From a virus, in IMG/VR virus record IMGVR_UViG_3300045988_175036, positions 1 through 64,000 of that record: a stretch of DNA of 64,000 nt; one strand, 5' to 3'. Positions 62,832 through 64,000 of the stretch are shown piece by piece (within the stretch, counting starts at the first letter, position 1; each line of letters begins with the position of its first letter). Below the pieces are notes generated by a model. That model saw only the letters and a program-made list of their open reading frames with translations. It had not been told where the DNA came from and did not search any database. A program made the position numbers and the translations under genes.

Positions 62832-64000
62832 ATCTACTATCTTCAATCTCCAAATCAGTTATGAAGATTTGAGGGGTTGTTTTACCTCCCCATTCGTTTA
62901 GATTTGGCTTGCCAACTAAAGTAATATCCATATCACCTGGAAAGTCTTTTAGCTCTCTAATCAAATCTTTCGCGCGGAACTTTACATAGGTAATTCCATT
63001 CTTCTCAATTCGTAAAGTGTCTAAATTCTTTCCAATAATTTTTACATTGTTCTGAGAAACATTCAAATTGGTAATTGCCATAACCGGTTCTTCATTTTGT
63101 TGTCCATAAACTTGCTCAATTGCGCAAAGCTCTTCAATGGCTTCTTCAATTTTTTGGTCGTCAGCGCGCATCACAAAATCTACGTCATAGTAATTTTCGC
63201 CGAAATCAATTTTTGAGAGTTCTTTATTGGCAATTTCATGGAAAGTAGAAAGATTGCGGTCAAGAATACTTACTCCAAGAGCTTGGTCGTGACCAAGCGT
63301 ATACTCAAATAGTTTAGTACTAGCCATGAAATTTTTGAAAGATTTTAGTTCTGTATTTCCAGGCGCGCGAGCACTCCCTCGAATATATCCTTCATTATTG
63401 AGACGAGCTACGATTGTAGGGCGTTTATACTTCGATGCGATGCTCATTGCCAGAAGTCCATTCAGTTCTGCGGGAAATACATCATCATCCTCTAGCCGAA
63501 TAAATAGAACTTGGTTAGATAATAAATCCTTCTTGAAAATTTTGGCTTCAAGTTTCTCAACCATCTGCTCTTTCATTTTATCTTGGTGAGACTTAGCGTT
63601 CACGCACTCGCGCGTGCTTTCAACACAAAGACGTTCTTTTGTGCCTTTCGCGCCTCGCTTATGACAATCAACCATTACCTCGGGCATTACAAAAGATAGA
63701 TATAAGCGTTCTTTCTCATCCATTGACCCAACTCTAATCATGGCATTGATTAGCGGCACAATATAGAAAGCGACTGTGATTGGAGTGATTTTCCCGCCCA
63801 TTGAATAGTCTTGCTTTTCAAGCAAAGTCCTAAACATTTTATTCTTGATATTTTTGAAGCCAGTTTGAACAAGATATTGATTTTCAACCTCTAACATTGA
63901 CATCATATCTGCGACAATGCCTAAAGCACATAAATCAATGTATTCCCAAGCAAGGTCTTTTATAAAAAAGTCGTCAAGCGCGCGACACAGCTGCCAAGTG
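62821..64000 (-). CDS. DHH/DHHA1-family phosphoesterase, RecJ-like exonuclease (5' end outside the window)
   Basis: The frame stays open upstream of the track's ATG all the way to the window edge (..LCALGIVADMMSM.., a RecJ-type motif). DHHA1-like TLGHDQALG near the C-terminal third. Confidence 0.6.
   Translation of the reverse strand, partial: TWQLCRALDDFFIKDLAWEYIDLCALGIVADMMSMLEVENQYLVQTGFKNIKNKMFRTLLEKQDYSMGGKITPITVAFYIVPLINAMIRVGSMDEKERLYLSFVMPEVMVDCHKRGAKGTKERLCVESTRECVNAKSHQDKMKEQMVEKLEAKIFKKDLLSNQVLFIRLEDDDVFPAELNGLLAMSIASKYKRPTIVARLNNEGYIRGSARAPGNTELKSFKNFMASTKLFEYTLGHDQALGVSILDRNLSTFHEIANKELSKIDFGENYYDVDFVMRADDQKIEEAIEELCAIEQVYGQQNEEPVMAITNLNVSQNNVKIIGKNLDTLRIEKNGITYVKFRAKDLIRELKDFPGDMDITLVGKPNLNEWGGKTTPQIFITDLEIEDSRFAF

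Noticed and set aside
1-64000. An integrated prophage with attachment sites or a lysogeny module
   Set aside because: No integrase, recombinase, CI/Cro-like pair or flanking bacterial genes are recognisable in the window. This cannot be excluded for the part of the genome lying outside it.

Overview
This 64-kb window looks like one contiguous piece of a tailed dsDNA phage genome. It has siphovirus-type morphogenesis genes, is AT-rich, and uses strong GGAGG-type ribosome-binding sites and near-consensus TTGACA/TATAAT promoters, which points to a low-GC Gram-positive host. No integrase, tRNA, rRNA or CRISPR array was seen. There are three blocks. (1) 1-11.2 kb, minus strand: an early block of about 20 small genes. 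Most are separate cassettes in the order promoter, RBS, ORF, terminator hairpin, then a perfectly conserved inverted repeat TTAGACG-N5-CGTCTAA (17 full copies). A subset of cassettes also carries a second palindrome, GTCAY-N5-RTGAC. The block also holds one promoter-plus-terminator unit with no ORF (candidate ncRNA). At the far left lies a 0.9-kb strand-pure polypurine tract flanked by iteron-like repeats. Recognisable early products are a DEDDh exonuclease and a HAD-type nucleotidase. (2) 11.5-49.3 kb, plus strand: the packaging, head and tail block. It runs from the large terminase through portal, scaffold-like protein, capsid, neck, tail tube and tape measure to Dit, Tal and a 1012-aa distal protein. 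Five group I-like introns interrupt it: three ORF-less ones in the large terminase, one with a GIY-YIG endonuclease in the tail tube gene, and one with a frameshifted triple-HNH endonuclease in the tape measure gene. The spliced tape measure protein would be about 2611 aa. (3) 49.3-64 kb, minus strand: replication and nucleotide metabolism. Genes are a RuvC-like resolvase, an extended dUTPase, a ThyX-fold protein lacking the RHR motif, two N6-adenine methyltransferases, dCMP deaminase, class II RNR, DnaE-type polymerase, a PD-(D/E)xK-like protein and a RecJ-like DHH protein truncated by the window edge. The hexamer GCGCGC is strikingly frequent across the whole window. All functional calls rest on motifs read by eye from the translations; no database search was run, and intron splice sites are inferred from reading frame, U.G/omega-G rules and local pairing.
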